Origin: Schizochytrium sp. TIO01
Taxonomy: Eukaryota; Protista; Bigyra: Labyrinthulomycetes
Direction of reading: 5' to 3'
Assembly (NCBI GenBank): GCA_004764695.1
Contig: SMSO01000034.1
Span: forward strand, 1,426,001-1,490,000
Length of the DNA stretch: 64,000 nucleotides
In this document: piece by piece, positions 36,101 through 45,226 of the stretch
How the letters are laid out: each line of letters begins with the position of its first letter
How positions within the stretch are numbered: the first letter of the stretch is position 1
Made by a program: the position numbers and the translations under genes
Notes under the pieces: model-generated
What the model was told of the DNA's origin: nothing
What the model saw: only the letters and a program-made list of their open reading frames with translations
Database searches by the model: none

Positions 36101-39100
36101 TTCACCCATACGGAGTCCTTTTCAAGGACCTCCCGCGAGCTGCTGTACCTTTGAAGACCTACTACGATGTGGATCTTGTATGCGCCCAGCTGAATGTAGC
36201 CTATGGAGAATGTCTTTCTGCAACTTTGCGTGCCTTCGATGTTGCATTCTCCAGAATGCTGCCGAAGTCATCTGACAAGCGCTCGCCGAGATTAGGATTC
36301 TGGGACAAGCTGCGTTACCTTTTTCATGGCCTGCTTAACATCCATGCAAAACGTGCAAGCGTTCGTCTACTTACGTTGTCTCCATGGCATGGTGACACTG
36401 GTCTTTTGATCTCAGGCAATGATCTTCAATTGAGGAACCTGCGTGAAATCCATGAGAAGCCTGGCAGCCACTTGCGGAAGGGAAGGCGCGGTATTGATGA
36501 TTCTAGAAAGAGGCTTGCGAAGCACCAGTCTAATAGCCGATCTATGGCATCAGATGGTTCAGCACGGGATGTCATGGACTGGAACTCTTTCTTTGTACCA
36601 ATGTCAAGGCATGGATCTATTCGCTCACGGAACCACAGTACAGGTTCCACTGGTCGAGATTCTTTTGAAACAGCAACTTTGAATAATTCTGACACTGGTA
36701 CTGGTGATGGCAATAATATGGGCCAGAATGTTCCCATTGCTAGAGAGTGGGAAATAACTAGCCACCAATTTGTACTGAGCGCAATTCGTAATGACCGTGC
36801 AAACAAAGTTTTGCAAACTACCCTTCTCACAGCGCCTCGTACGCGATTACATGTTTCGTTTCGATGGGGCCAGAACTCTACTCTTGATCACTATGTACAG
36901 CTTATGCATGCGCCTGATGCTCGGCCGTGGAATATTGACGACATGTATGCGGACTTTCGCTCAGATGGTTTAGATCTTGGTCTCAAATTTGAATTCGGTG
37001 TTGCAGCGCGGGTGGATCATGGAGGCAAACACGAAACACCGCCAGGAAGCCCAAGTATAGGCTTGCAGTATACCGGTGAGGTGGTTTCCCCACCAAGACT
37101 GAATCCCACGCCTGAAAACAGGGCTGATGACGACGATGACGACGATGATGCTTCAGATACTCTATATCCTACAGTAACCTTGTGTTGGAGCTCATATCCG
37201 TATCTCTGCGAAATTCGCCGCGCTTTTGCTCCTCTGGGGCCATCTCGTACACCACCAGAAAAGGCAACCTTTGCAAGGCTGTTAACCCGTCTCCGTATCG
37301 GTATCTTGGCTGACCGTCCACGCGTTTTGTGGTGGGAGGAACCTCACTCTGAGGCTGCTTTGTTTCTTGCTGCAGACTCTGTAGTGACCAGGATTGAGTA
37401 CATTCGCCCTCCAGACGAAGGAATTGATTGGGCTCCACCTTGTGGATACCCCCCCAAATGGAAGCAACACGCACTTTTGGTTCAATGCTCGATGGTACAA
37501 AGCCATTTCATCCCAAGAGCCATGCCATACCTTTCCATGGCTGACTCCGCAATTCTTCTAGAGGAAAGAACTTATGTTGATGCGACCGGTTGCGGCTGGA
37601 GATTCTCAAACACCTTCCCCCCTCCACCGATGGCGACTTTGGAAGCAATGAGCTCATCTTCCAAGGATGAAGACAATCCGGCCCAGAAGCTCCCAGCCTC
37701 TGAGCCATGGGTCATGACCCCTGCTATCATGCTGACCGCTGGTCAGTGGCAACAGATGCAGGCTTCAATGAAAACCAGAGAATCCATGACTTCCCAAGAC
37801 TCATTTTATACGTTTAATGATGAGGACCCGGGAGATGACTCTGTTTTTACAATTCGTATGGACGAAGTGCGGCTTCGATGGGCTATGAGTATCCGCGATG
37901 CGCTCTTCATGGTTGTTGGGAGTGTAATGTTTGCGTTTCGACTGCAGTCAAAGGTCGACGAAAGACTTCGAGAAGAAGCATTTCTTGCTGCAGATTCTCA
38001 AGCGCTTCTGCTGCTCGCGAAACATAAACAAAAACAATTGAAAGGAAATCTTCCTTCTGATGATCAAGTAAGTACGGACTCTGTCATCATTCGGGAGAGT
38101 TCTACCTCGCTACAGGGGGATGACAATTCGGCTCCGGAAGGCCAGCAAGATGTAGAAGCGGCACAACGTAAGGCTCAGTTTGACGGGCACTTCTTTGGTC
38201 CCTTAGTAGACTTTGAAGATGCATTTGCGCCAGAGAAGCCCCCGAGTGCTTTCATGGCTGATTTGTTGCGCAGAAGCGATCGTGCTTTGAATGGGCGTAA
38301 ATATAAGGCACCAACGGCTTATGTAGAGCATTGGGTTCATGATGAGCAGTCTCTTCGCCTGGAACAAGAAACCACTGGGAAAGACTCCGGTGATGATTCC
38401 TCCGGGAAGGATGTTCCAGGAAACGCGTCCAATGATGTCTCTGAAGGAAACCTTTTTAATGACGCTAGCGGAAGCTTTCCAGATGATGACATGGGAGCAC
38501 AAGGTCATGACGATGCCCAAAGCACGACGACTTCTGAGGCTCATGGAGAGGAAGCAGGACAACTGGAGTTCCTTGTCAAACTACGCTGGGGCCAGGTATT
38601 TCTGCGTGCTGATTCCGACGCCGCTTTTGTGACAGGAGAAGTTGCTACTATTCGTACTTTCAAGAGCCTCATGCAATGTTTTGAGCGCCTGACAAATACT
38701 GAAATGCCAGGGTTTGAGATGATACGAAAAGAAGTCGACGTCCAGGTACGTGGAGCACAGGTCTTCACACTCACGTCAGAACACGCTGAGGAACGTCGAG
38801 AGCGCTGTACTCCTTGGGTCGATTTGCGACGCAATTACGAGTCTCTCTGCTTTACCGATACTTTGCAAGATTATGCATTCTGTTTTCATGTAGATGATGA
38901 GTTCCGATTGGGCTCTGAATATGAGTCTGAAGATACTATCGCACGAACAACTTCCCATCATCGCCGAAATGTAGATACTTTGGGTGGATCGGGGAAGGGC
39001 AAGGGCTCAATCGATCACAGACCAGCCCTTGAGCGAATGAATTTCTCTATTCGTGAGCTTTCCTATGCGATTGTTCCTCCCGAGTCCGCAGCACAGGCTA

Positions 39101-42100
39101 AACAGTACTCCCCAAGTGATGCTCGAGTTCCTAAAGGCAGGTTTCTTCTAAATTTACCTAGTCTCAATATCAATCTGGACTCGCGTTCCTTTTTTGATAT
39201 TTTGGGTGTTATCCGCAAATTATTGCTTGTTATGCCTTCTCCAGATTACACAGCTCTACTGAAAAAGGCTAATGTTCGCGATGAGAAGTCCCACCCAAGC
39301 CACAGTCGTGGAGAATCTGGAGACTGGGAAGACTCTTTCGGTGATCTCGATATGGATGGAGATTTTGAAGATAGTGATTCTGACCTTGGACAACCAATTC
39401 ACAAAGTTCAAGCGTTACTTGGAGATGATTTTGTGGATGATGATATTACACCCAGTGATTTAGATTCATTGGTGGAAGATGCATCTACAACCGATTCCGT
39501 TGATGCAAGGCCTCACGGCGCAGCACACTCACGCTCAAGGTCCGTTGAGCTTCCGTCTGAGAAGCGACGAGTACATCATAAGCCAACGCAAAGTGAGGTT
39601 GGTGTAATCGGTCTTGACGCTGGAGATTTGGCAGCTATTCAACGTGAAGCACAACATATCCGCACTGGCTCAAAGGGTTCATTTTCGGGTCGTTCGTCAC
39701 AGATGCGAAGAGGACAGACGTTTGTGGGAAATATCTCCTCTCGATTAAGGCCACGCGCTCGTGCAAATACTGGCTCTGCTGCGGCTTCTGTTGCAGGATC
39801 GGTTGGGAGCCACAATTCAGGGCGAAATCGCCGGGAGTCAATTATAGGTGGCAAGCAGCTGTTGTCCGAAGCGGAGGCTGAACTGATGAGTAGCAACAAT
39901 AGTTTTGGGGTGCTAAAAAAGATAATTGAGCGACTTCTTGGTGCACGCACTGTTGAGGAGAAGGCGCGCGAATCGGAGCTGGTCTATTCCATTGGTGAAG
40001 CCAACATTTATCTTGTAGAGGACGGAAACCCACCGAATTCAGGAGGGACTCAGCAACGTAAGGACGAAAGCCAAGGTGGTAAAGTAGAGTTCAGTCGGGT
40101 GATGATGCAGATATTTAACTTGCGTGGATCCCATACTTTTGCTAATGATGGGTCAACTCGTGTACAAATTTCTCTAGGCGACTTGCTTGTATCCGACATA
40201 ATGCAAGCGAACTGCAGTTTCCGCGATATTTTGCGAGGTTATGTCGTCAGTTCAGGATCAAATGATTCCTCGCGTGTTCCACTCTTACGTGTTGATGCAA
40301 AAACACAACCACATTTTATTGTTGGAGATTATAAGGTCAACGTCTATGAAATGCTTCAAGTACTCATTTACCCTGGTGCACCTTCATATCGCCTGGCTGT
40401 TCATTTGACTTACGACGCTGCAACATTTTTCATGCGCTTTTTTCAATCAGAGGCTGATGAAGATTTTAGTGACGACACAGCCCTTATCCTTGCGCCCACT
40501 AAGGTTTCCTCCACAGAAACACATTCATCGTCGTCCGATCATAAGCTTGGCTTGCAAGATGATCTCACAAGCATCGGCACCAGTGGAAATCCTGGAGGAG
40601 TGCCACGATCTCGAGGTGGAAGTCTTTCCGACGAGGCTGTCGAACTTGCTCTATTGGCCGGTCCCCAAGACACTGGAGCGCCTCAACCACAACGAATCAT
40701 TCGTAGCGGCTATATTTTGAAGCGTGGGCGTAACGACATCTCCTGGGCTGCTGGCCGAGTTCGACGCAACTTTTGTCAGCTAAAGGTTGTTCGGACTGAA
40801 GGGGGCGACGGGCACCAAGTCGTTTTGGAATATTACCGCTCAGAGTTAGAAACCCGCCTGAGATTACCTCCAAGGGGAACAGTTTATTTGAAAGATGTTG
40901 TGGTTCTAGATTTTTCTCAAGATCTGGGCGCTCCAAAGCATGCTCTGGATATGATTGTCCAGTCTTCAGCCGCTGTGTCACGAGGTCGCGCGGATCCAGA
41001 CGCTTTAGCACGTACAATAACCTATACATTTTCGCCTGATTTAAGCGGGCGGCGTAATCGTACAGCACATCCAAATGTTGCTTCTGCTGAGTGGATTGCT
41101 GCTATGCGGCCATTTGTTCGTAAGAATGTTCTCGGCGATGACATCACCAAGGTACTAAAGGACGAATCTCATCGTCAGACATTTGATGATATTACATCAC
41201 ATGCTTTGAAGCTCTTTGTTAGTCATGCACAGAGGCGTGCGGCTGCGGCAACTGTTAGCGCGCAACGTCGGGAGAATCAGTCGAAGGCACTCATTGAGTA
41301 CGGTCTTGCTAGACCAGATGTTCGTATGGCCTCGAATGAAGGAATTCCGCTAGAAATGTTGCGTGATTCAAAACAGTACGAATTATTTCTCACACAGAAT
41401 CGGGCCAAGCGGTATCTTCTCTCTAAGAGACGTGCTTCTGCGATGGGTCTGCTTGACAGTGACACAATTCGCATGCATTCTGGAGAGCTAGTTGATTTAG
41501 TTTACATGAAATACATGAGGACTTCGGGCCTTTATATCTCTGTTGCACTGCAAGGGTTCCCTTACTTTGGCAAATTGAATAATAAAAGAGCAGAATGTGC
41601 AGCGATTAAGCTGCACTTCCGGCTTTTCACCTGGCAAAAGTTTTTTGGCTTCATGCGCCAAAGACTGACACGTAGTTTGATCAAATCCCTGATGTTTACT
41701 GGCGCGGCGGGAGCACGTAATCGAGAGCGTAATATGATGCGCGAAGCTGCCGAACAAGCTGGTCGTGAAGCTCTCGCTAAAGAATTCAACGAGGAGCGTG
41801 CTAAAGCAGGAGCTGCGGTGAAAGCGTCTGCTAACGCCAAGGCAGCGACGTCTGCGAGCAGTAGTCACGGTGGAAGCTCTGATCGAGCAGCTTCGACTGG
41901 TCGGAAGTTACCTAGCCGACAACAGGTAAAAGAAATTTTTACGAAGAAACTAAGTTCAGGATCTAAATCCCCAAATTCTGCTGATGCAACGGTGGGGACT
42001 AATCGGAGTGTAACGAGCCCAAATTCTGCGAGCTCGACAAGTGAACCGCAACATCGACGAAACCTACGTATATCTATTGGCATTAAGACCCCATCGATAT

Positions 42101-42213
42101 CATCGACAACAGCTACAGCGAGCTCGACTCGCGGACCATCAAGCACACATGATTGCATTGAAGAGGAAAGTCAGATTGATAGTGATGATGATCCTCACCA
42201 CCACTTACACTGA
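30106..42213 (+). CDS. BLTP2: Bridge-like lipid transfer protein BLTP2/Hobbit/KIAA0100/SABRE/Fmp27 family, 4035 aa, uninterrupted ORF
   Basis: Signature RLGFWDKLRYLFHG (GFWDK at 36295-36309), DMYADFRSDGLDL, N-terminal TM helices at about aa 333-380, C-terminal LHFRLFTWQKFF segment. Extra RanBP2-type fingers and a PH domain. Confidence 0.85.
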   Translation: MSGPERRRPRVSSGGSGPSGLGSRSNVWAASQASNGRGDPDWRIDANPDNDSTDKNDNNELNNEFNDKERTAIGGGNNGTQGRRGAYAASKRNSSHRNGYRGGPEEIANLEMRQGDFFEEDADRDIQYRDEMYNEIDGLENHEDDEDDAGMPWTQVPENSGARRRKDRGGLQMLLHDDDIQSIPTSVSPSVASSSVQSLFRRNAYSNYNGNSNYSGSNYNRSGKNYNNSGGSSSNNSGGRGSSVLSKKNSRLAQELSMSRNLDSRRLHDSWAHSSSSMGSSRPSLYSNSSQGFLQKSWGVLRGSKHPPSSGGTHSQSQTASTTTRSWSASVPTMILVGVISVYGVLSVFVNLGFRLLGIQLPMLLAPILLIVISGIILARPGTLASLLCTGINLVAQRAIGLNTRAEIGRIDLLRRRIDGMGIYWEDVSIVEIEEISLQFTSRAMHEFHGPTRPLLTLMVSGVHINMLHALIEAFLNSGAVSMSSKQQTGQQSPSSMDSTAGPSAGPGSPAPPSNLPSTNINSRGSAGQQGGSNSQATSEQQFLRQKQQKKLENQQKLFGRIVWISGFLVAEVDRVNLRFISSDVNFDLQAHNLLLSCSKRIVSGHKDSQKTERYSSGSRGIEIGGASMNTNPKTPDSSFAWTANELLTIAETRLTMGKFSIDVGCGLNATPIFNLDGLCIEAGVAHSSESGSHPVCACLSGSKQNVGNRASLPNGGFLIHNLSIGANEIDLLASHNLVAALRVVIGLQKKSHINHLPHDGGRNHFMPDASESATAPLDTQEDLATMSAERRIELSRKERLPGLRKSRTSSELSEDTAMSELSIDSAGWECERCRFYNQPLDLVCTVCKMPSDSDAANTESSEAHAGVAQAPKAKSRSATLEPQEFGASKKRPSNIQDKSRRPVPGTLAMDDFLQVHGDDNIEEDEKDEEEDEEDEEEEEDSPGSMSHKPKEAVRSAPEVILQSLLRKLPTLCEVQISTLLFAVQGERASQTIGGGAILHCQVQGQLAITQAKPPPGIYEESQKLVSRSIVLNSRIQHLTGAVLPCSFERIAANQISMRESRNFMLLPELRKHTFLQVRDIETRFTADINVTKGNRNDPSLKDTSTSPPKSTRGDDRSDISSDDIEGIDVSKRDSSSASEDNSDEEDETLNAGERGSLGTLNKEPGRAWSCPICNNRNTGSDQVCGLCQEPYDAVVVRPASWFDMSPISGGALKTAQNDHHHDTSIRVELHVRQPEVQASLTAFECLTNLKGALTQVDDDEDDEDDEDGNDYDDADELEPGTILHSGRGTTKGGETPKASQPAVVIGHGMAEDDSTEIQPSKPVPKKSAFTPWMSEVIGVSFTRTVRLHFEVSEASCRVLPMTPVSSRKSVNMGTTISATQVTAELHKITFKIKLDHAIPPALAALALRNARNARKSGKPLTGQKHGVQVMFGASDISIGPMSIWQVFTAREAKYRANEVSQWSTQVPIGNVDLDESKRRSRLVHVSGPISTNVRLQWEKSASGPRLAAVKVLGSDPGVRINLHGASVLRILALVYDYSNEYLRCFKTQLQPTHVGRGNTNFPQHTRKENQPKGPRAAVASSTGPTASAIKQAQFLTALKTKLQVSITFKKLSVAVHAVDSLTNTRHAFRLSLPELSIDACGDKPIKLRLRKTTGSLATSTNTSSMGTYNPFFKCSKISLDIIFGKSEIANVPLTTLDMKMYLVQVTQGPDIQFGLALQALLRQRKALRQGLRDLAARRVILKSSSARSSPTNMSQHQPNSATSTYSPLTGVSSPTGYASGVNSVFAASFDPSKPLFVSPKVDTRKTVQQSSSAKKGSHRQIHIKLQVDELLLRFLHDEDSFVEDPRLEKYRPSKNSTAKSIPPYIGYICLEKTSIGLEWDSVEHSKEGLIDLVWAFDDCSSDTIPRAAHAHGFSFALGARIFQFDVSHSLFQLRNHKRPLAEAWSLSVARPCTIVLAELRGTSACISTVDVVLSEAFPGIFSHDVTLEPQTMLDSMSLHPYGVLFKDLPRAAVPLKTYYDVDLVCAQLNVAYGECLSATLRAFDVAFSRMLPKSSDKRSPRLGFWDKLRYLFHGLLNIHAKRASVRLLTLSPWHGDTGLLISGNDLQLRNLREIHEKPGSHLRKGRRGIDDSRKRLAKHQSNSRSMASDGSARDVMDWNSFFVPMSRHGSIRSRNHSTGSTGRDSFETATLNNSDTGTGDGNNMGQNVPIAREWEITSHQFVLSAIRNDRANKVLQTTLLTAPRTRLHVSFRWGQNSTLDHYVQLMHAPDARPWNIDDMYADFRSDGLDLGLKFEFGVAARVDHGGKHETPPGSPSIGLQYTGEVVSPPRLNPTPENRADDDDDDDDASDTLYPTVTLCWSSYPYLCEIRRAFAPLGPSRTPPEKATFARLLTRLRIGILADRPRVLWWEEPHSEAALFLAADSVVTRIEYIRPPDEGIDWAPPCGYPPKWKQHALLVQCSMVQSHFIPRAMPYLSMADSAILLEERTYVDATGCGWRFSNTFPPPPMATLEAMSSSSKDEDNPAQKLPASEPWVMTPAIMLTAGQWQQMQASMKTRESMTSQDSFYTFNDEDPGDDSVFTIRMDEVRLRWAMSIRDALFMVVGSVMFAFRLQSKVDERLREEAFLAADSQALLLLAKHKQKQLKGNLPSDDQVSTDSVIIRESSTSLQGDDNSAPEGQQDVEAAQRKAQFDGHFFGPLVDFEDAFAPEKPPSAFMADLLRRSDRALNGRKYKAPTAYVEHWVHDEQSLRLEQETTGKDSGDDSSGKDVPGNASNDVSEGNLFNDASGSFPDDDMGAQGHDDAQSTTTSEAHGEEAGQLEFLVKLRWGQVFLRADSDAAFVTGEVATIRTFKSLMQCFERLTNTEMPGFEMIRKEVDVQVRGAQVFTLTSEHAEERRERCTPWVDLRRNYESLCFTDTLQDYAFCFHVDDEFRLGSEYESEDTIARTTSHHRRNVDTLGGSGKGKGSIDHRPALERMNFSIRELSYAIVPPESAAQAKQYSPSDARVPKGRFLLNLPSLNINLDSRSFFDILGVIRKLLLVMPSPDYTALLKKANVRDEKSHPSHSRGESGDWEDSFGDLDMDGDFEDSDSDLGQPIHKVQALLGDDFVDDDITPSDLDSLVEDASTTDSVDARPHGAAHSRSRSVELPSEKRRVHHKPTQSEVGVIGLDAGDLAAIQREAQHIRTGSKGSFSGRSSQMRRGQTFVGNISSRLRPRARANTGSAAASVAGSVGSHNSGRNRRESIIGGKQLLSEAEAELMSSNNSFGVLKKIIERLLGARTVEEKARESELVYSIGEANIYLVEDGNPPNSGGTQQRKDESQGGKVEFSRVMMQIFNLRGSHTFANDGSTRVQISLGDLLVSDIMQANCSFRDILRGYVVSSGSNDSSRVPLLRVDAKTQPHFIVGDYKVNVYEMLQVLIYPGAPSYRLAVHLTYDAATFFMRFFQSEADEDFSDDTALILAPTKVSSTETHSSSSDHKLGLQDDLTSIGTSGNPGGVPRSRGGSLSDEAVELALLAGPQDTGAPQPQRIIRSGYILKRGRNDISWAAGRVRRNFCQLKVVRTEGGDGHQVVLEYYRSELETRLRLPPRGTVYLKDVVVLDFSQDLGAPKHALDMIVQSSAAVSRGRADPDALARTITYTFSPDLSGRRNRTAHPNVASAEWIAAMRPFVRKNVLGDDITKVLKDESHRQTFDDITSHALKLFVSHAQRRAAAATVSAQRRENQSKALIEYGLARPDVRMASNEGIPLEMLRDSKQYELFLTQNRAKRYLLSKRRASAMGLLDSDTIRMHSGELVDLVYMKYMRTSGLYISVALQGFPYFGKLNNKRAECAAIKLHFRLFTWQKFFGFMRQRLTRSLIKSLMFTGAAGARNRERNMMREAAEQAGREALAKEFNEERAKAGAAVKASANAKAATSASSSHGGSSDRAASTGRKLPSRQQVKEIFTKKLSSGSKSPNSADATVGTNRSVTSPNSASSTSEPQHRRNLRISIGIKTPSISSTTATASSTRGPSSTHDCIEEESQIDSDDDPHHHLH

Positions 42214-42431
42214 TTCCTATGTTGTTTGCGAAGGGCGTACTAGATTGTGAAAACCAAATATTGATTTATTTTGTGTGTGTATATATAAATCTTTGAGTAG
42301 ATCCTATGTGACCATACTTTACCTCGAGGAAACTTGTTGCAGAAAGAAGTTTGATTATAATAATAATAAAAACAAGGAACAGAGAAAGGCTATTTTAAAG
42401 GTGGCTGTAACATTTTTAATTAGTCTCTAAT

Positions 42432-43496
42432 TTACTCTTTGTCGAGAGTATACTTTTCAATATCATCGAGGTCGTTATCCACGAGAGATTGGTAGGTAGC
42501 TTCTACCATATCCTTCAAAGAATAGTACTTGAGCCCAAGGCCCCCGTCAGAAACGGGCTTTTCTGATTGTGAAATATTCATTTTGGTACGGTTGGGGGGT
42601 GGGTGACCAGCGCCAGCAGGGGGGATATCATCATCAACCTCCGTGGGAAGCTTGGCCTTTCGTTCATCAGAAACATTATCAGATTCCTTGAGAACCTGCA
42701 TCACTTCCGCAATCATGGGTACAGCACCGACCAAGACATTGCGCTGGCCCCAGCCTGCCCAGTCAAGATCTTGTCGAGCAGCAATCACGTGAGCGCGAGC
42801 TACATCGCGAACATCCACAACTGCGATGGACTGCTGCTTGATCTTGGGTGCACTAAAGTAGCCAATGATGGTGTTGCAACTTGTGTTGAGATGTGTCTGA
42901 CCCGGTAACATAGGTCCAAAGATCAAGCACGGGTTCATCACACTGAGCTTGAACGGGCAATCATCCTTTGCAGCAAGTTCCCAGGCAAGGCGTTCTGCTA
43001 GGACCTTGGAAAGACAGTAAAAGTTCTTTTTCTCTTCAAGAACATCAGCATCACTCCAATCCTCCTCGCTAAATGCTTCCTCTAAAGGTTTGGTTCCATA
43101 GGCCATGTATACAGCGGCCGTGCTGCTCGTGAGGACAACGCGCTCGACTCCCTTGGCTGCGCAGGCCTCAAGGACTGTGCGCGTGCCTTCAAGGGCAGGC
43201 TCAACAAGTTTGGCGCGACCAGAGTCATCGTGGTTCATAAAAAACGGCGACGCTGTGTGAATGACGATCTTGCATCCCTCAATGGCCGCATCAAAAGATC
43301 CTTTCTTGGTAAGGTCGCATCCAGAGAACATCTTTAGCCTTTCCGCGGCACCATCTAGATTCTGCAGAAAGTCTGTCTTGGCCTCAGATCTCGTCGTGCC
43401 GTGTACTTCAAAGCCTGCATCTAGAGCCTCCTTGACAACCCAGCTTCCCAGGAAACCTGTGGCGCCAGTCACGCATACCTTCACTGTCTCCGACAT
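42432..43496 (-). CDS. NAD(P)-dependent extended SDR, cinnamoyl-CoA reductase/dihydroflavonol reductase-like
   Basis: VCVTGATGFLG, VIHTASPF, VVLTSSTAAV, YCLSK (YxxxK), VDVRDVARAH. Confidence 0.93.
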   Translation of the reverse strand: MSETVKVCVTGATGFLGSWVVKEALDAGFEVHGTTRSEAKTDFLQNLDGAAERLKMFSGCDLTKKGSFDAAIEGCKIVIHTASPFFMNHDDSGRAKLVEPALEGTRTVLEACAAKGVERVVLTSSTAAVYMAYGTKPLEEAFSEEDWSDADVLEEKKNFYCLSKVLAERLAWELAAKDDCPFKLSVMNPCLIFGPMLPGQTHLNTSCNTIIGYFSAPKIKQQSIAVVDVRDVARAHVIAARQDLDWAGWGQRNVLVGAVPMIAEVMQVLKESDNVSDERKAKLPTEVDDDIPPAGAGHPPPNRTKMNISQSEKPVSDGGLGLKYYSLKDMVEATYQSLVDNDLDDIEKYTLDKE

Positions 43497-44928
43497 TCTG
43501 CTCGCAGACCTTTATTATTATTCGCCCTCCGCTCCTGTGGCTACACCTCTTGACTCTTGCCTGTCACCTCGCAGATGCCTCCGCGATTGATTCTGTTTCG
43601 GGTTTGCAGCCAACTCCAAGTTCACCTCAGCCGGGGGTCATTCTGGGCACTGCACCTGCGCTTCCTGATATTATCTTCCATATCCTCTGGTTTGCCTCCT
43701 GCGGTAAACACGCTCCAAACACGCAGAGTACACCCGTTCCGACGTCGATCATCACTTCTCAAAGCTCTCAATAGGTCGCAGAACTCTCAACTTCTGTGGA
43801 GTCGAGAGCGCTTCGAAAGCGAGAAAGATCTGACGAACGGACTTTGTCGAGCGTGAGGCCTCAAGGAGCGTTGCGGAGGGTTTGCAAGCAGTTTCGGGGT
43901 CGTAGGCCAAGGTTTCGAGAGATAGTGGATGGCGGTGAGTACGAGACGGAATGGGAATCGAACGAAGATCTCAAGATCCGATCTTTAGTGTTTACTGTTT
44001 AGTGTTTAATGGTTAATGTTTAATCTTCAAAAGTTTAATGTTTTACCTTTCAGGTGTTATTCTGTAACCTTTGAAGTCGATAGTATCTTTAAACTTTGAG
44101 GTTTGATGTTATGGGCTTTGAGGTTTTGATGTTTCATGTTTGAGCTTTGAGCTTTGAGCTCTTCAAGTTTGATGTTTTCAGCTTTGCGCTTTACTCCGGT
44201 ATTTGTGGATGTTTATAACTCACGTCGGATCATGGTGCACACGTGTGCATGTGAAGATGGATGCAAAAGTTCGCGGAGGTTGATGGAGTACTCTCATTTA
44301 CACAAGTGCCAAAGTTCGAAGTATTGGAGCCACTCTTGACAGCAGATGCCATTGGGATGGGCTTTCATTGAGGCTCGGGCATTTCGTGACGTGACTGAGG
44401 CAAATACTAAACCTTGTTCAGGAGGACGAATCAAGTGCACGAGTTACGAGAGGCGATGGATGCTCCCGGTGGATGCTCGAGGAGCAAGCACCGATCAGTC
44501 TTTGATCTCGACCATCGAGCAACTTATTTGTATGCGCGTGCCGTTTTGGAGCAGAGTTCTGACGCTTCGCTTCGAGTTCGTTCTGGTTCTGTTCTCAGCT
44601 GGACACTAAGCTTGCGCAATTAAATCGGACGCAACGATTATGCCAGCGTGGCTCTGCGTACACTCCACCATGAAGCGAGTTTTGCGCCAATGCCAAAGCT
44701 TTCTTGCGAGCGTGGATTTCATTTGCTATTGGGTACCTCGGTTCTTAGAGATTGCAGAAGAATTGCTTCAAAGAGTGTACCAGGGAGCGGCTGCGGAATT
44801 GATGACGGAGTGGTTCCTGATCAATGCATAATTTTGTAGGGGCACTGACGTAGTCGAGAAGTCGCAATCGCAGCACATTCATAATTCTATTGGCTTTAGA
44901 ATAATTTATTATAATCTACTTGCAATCG

Positions 44929-44962
44929 TGGGTAGGTAGGTAGGTAGGTAGGTAGTAGGTAG
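44929..44962. repeat. (TAGG)n microsatellite
   Basis: Direct: gggtaggtaggtaggtaggtaggtagtaggtag. Confidence 0.85.
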
Positions 44963-45226
44963 ATGATTGCTCGCATAATGTGAAACGAGTAGAAATGGTC
45001 TATAGTGACTTACAGATTTAATTAACTAAACGCAACAATCTTGAAGATATACCCACCTACTACGACATAAAAGGGTTGGGAGAATATAAAGGTTGGAGCA
45101 AGGGCGCGTGAGACTTTTCGTGAGATAGTTTGAGCACTTGAAATCAAAGTAGGATTGAGGATGAAGAGAGGAAAAGAATAAAAAGGAGATCTAAGTTACA
45201 GATTCGAACATGGGGAAAAGGCGATA

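Noticed and set aside
44154-44839. Cluster of short plus-strand ORFs
   Set aside because: No consistent frame, splice signals or motifs.
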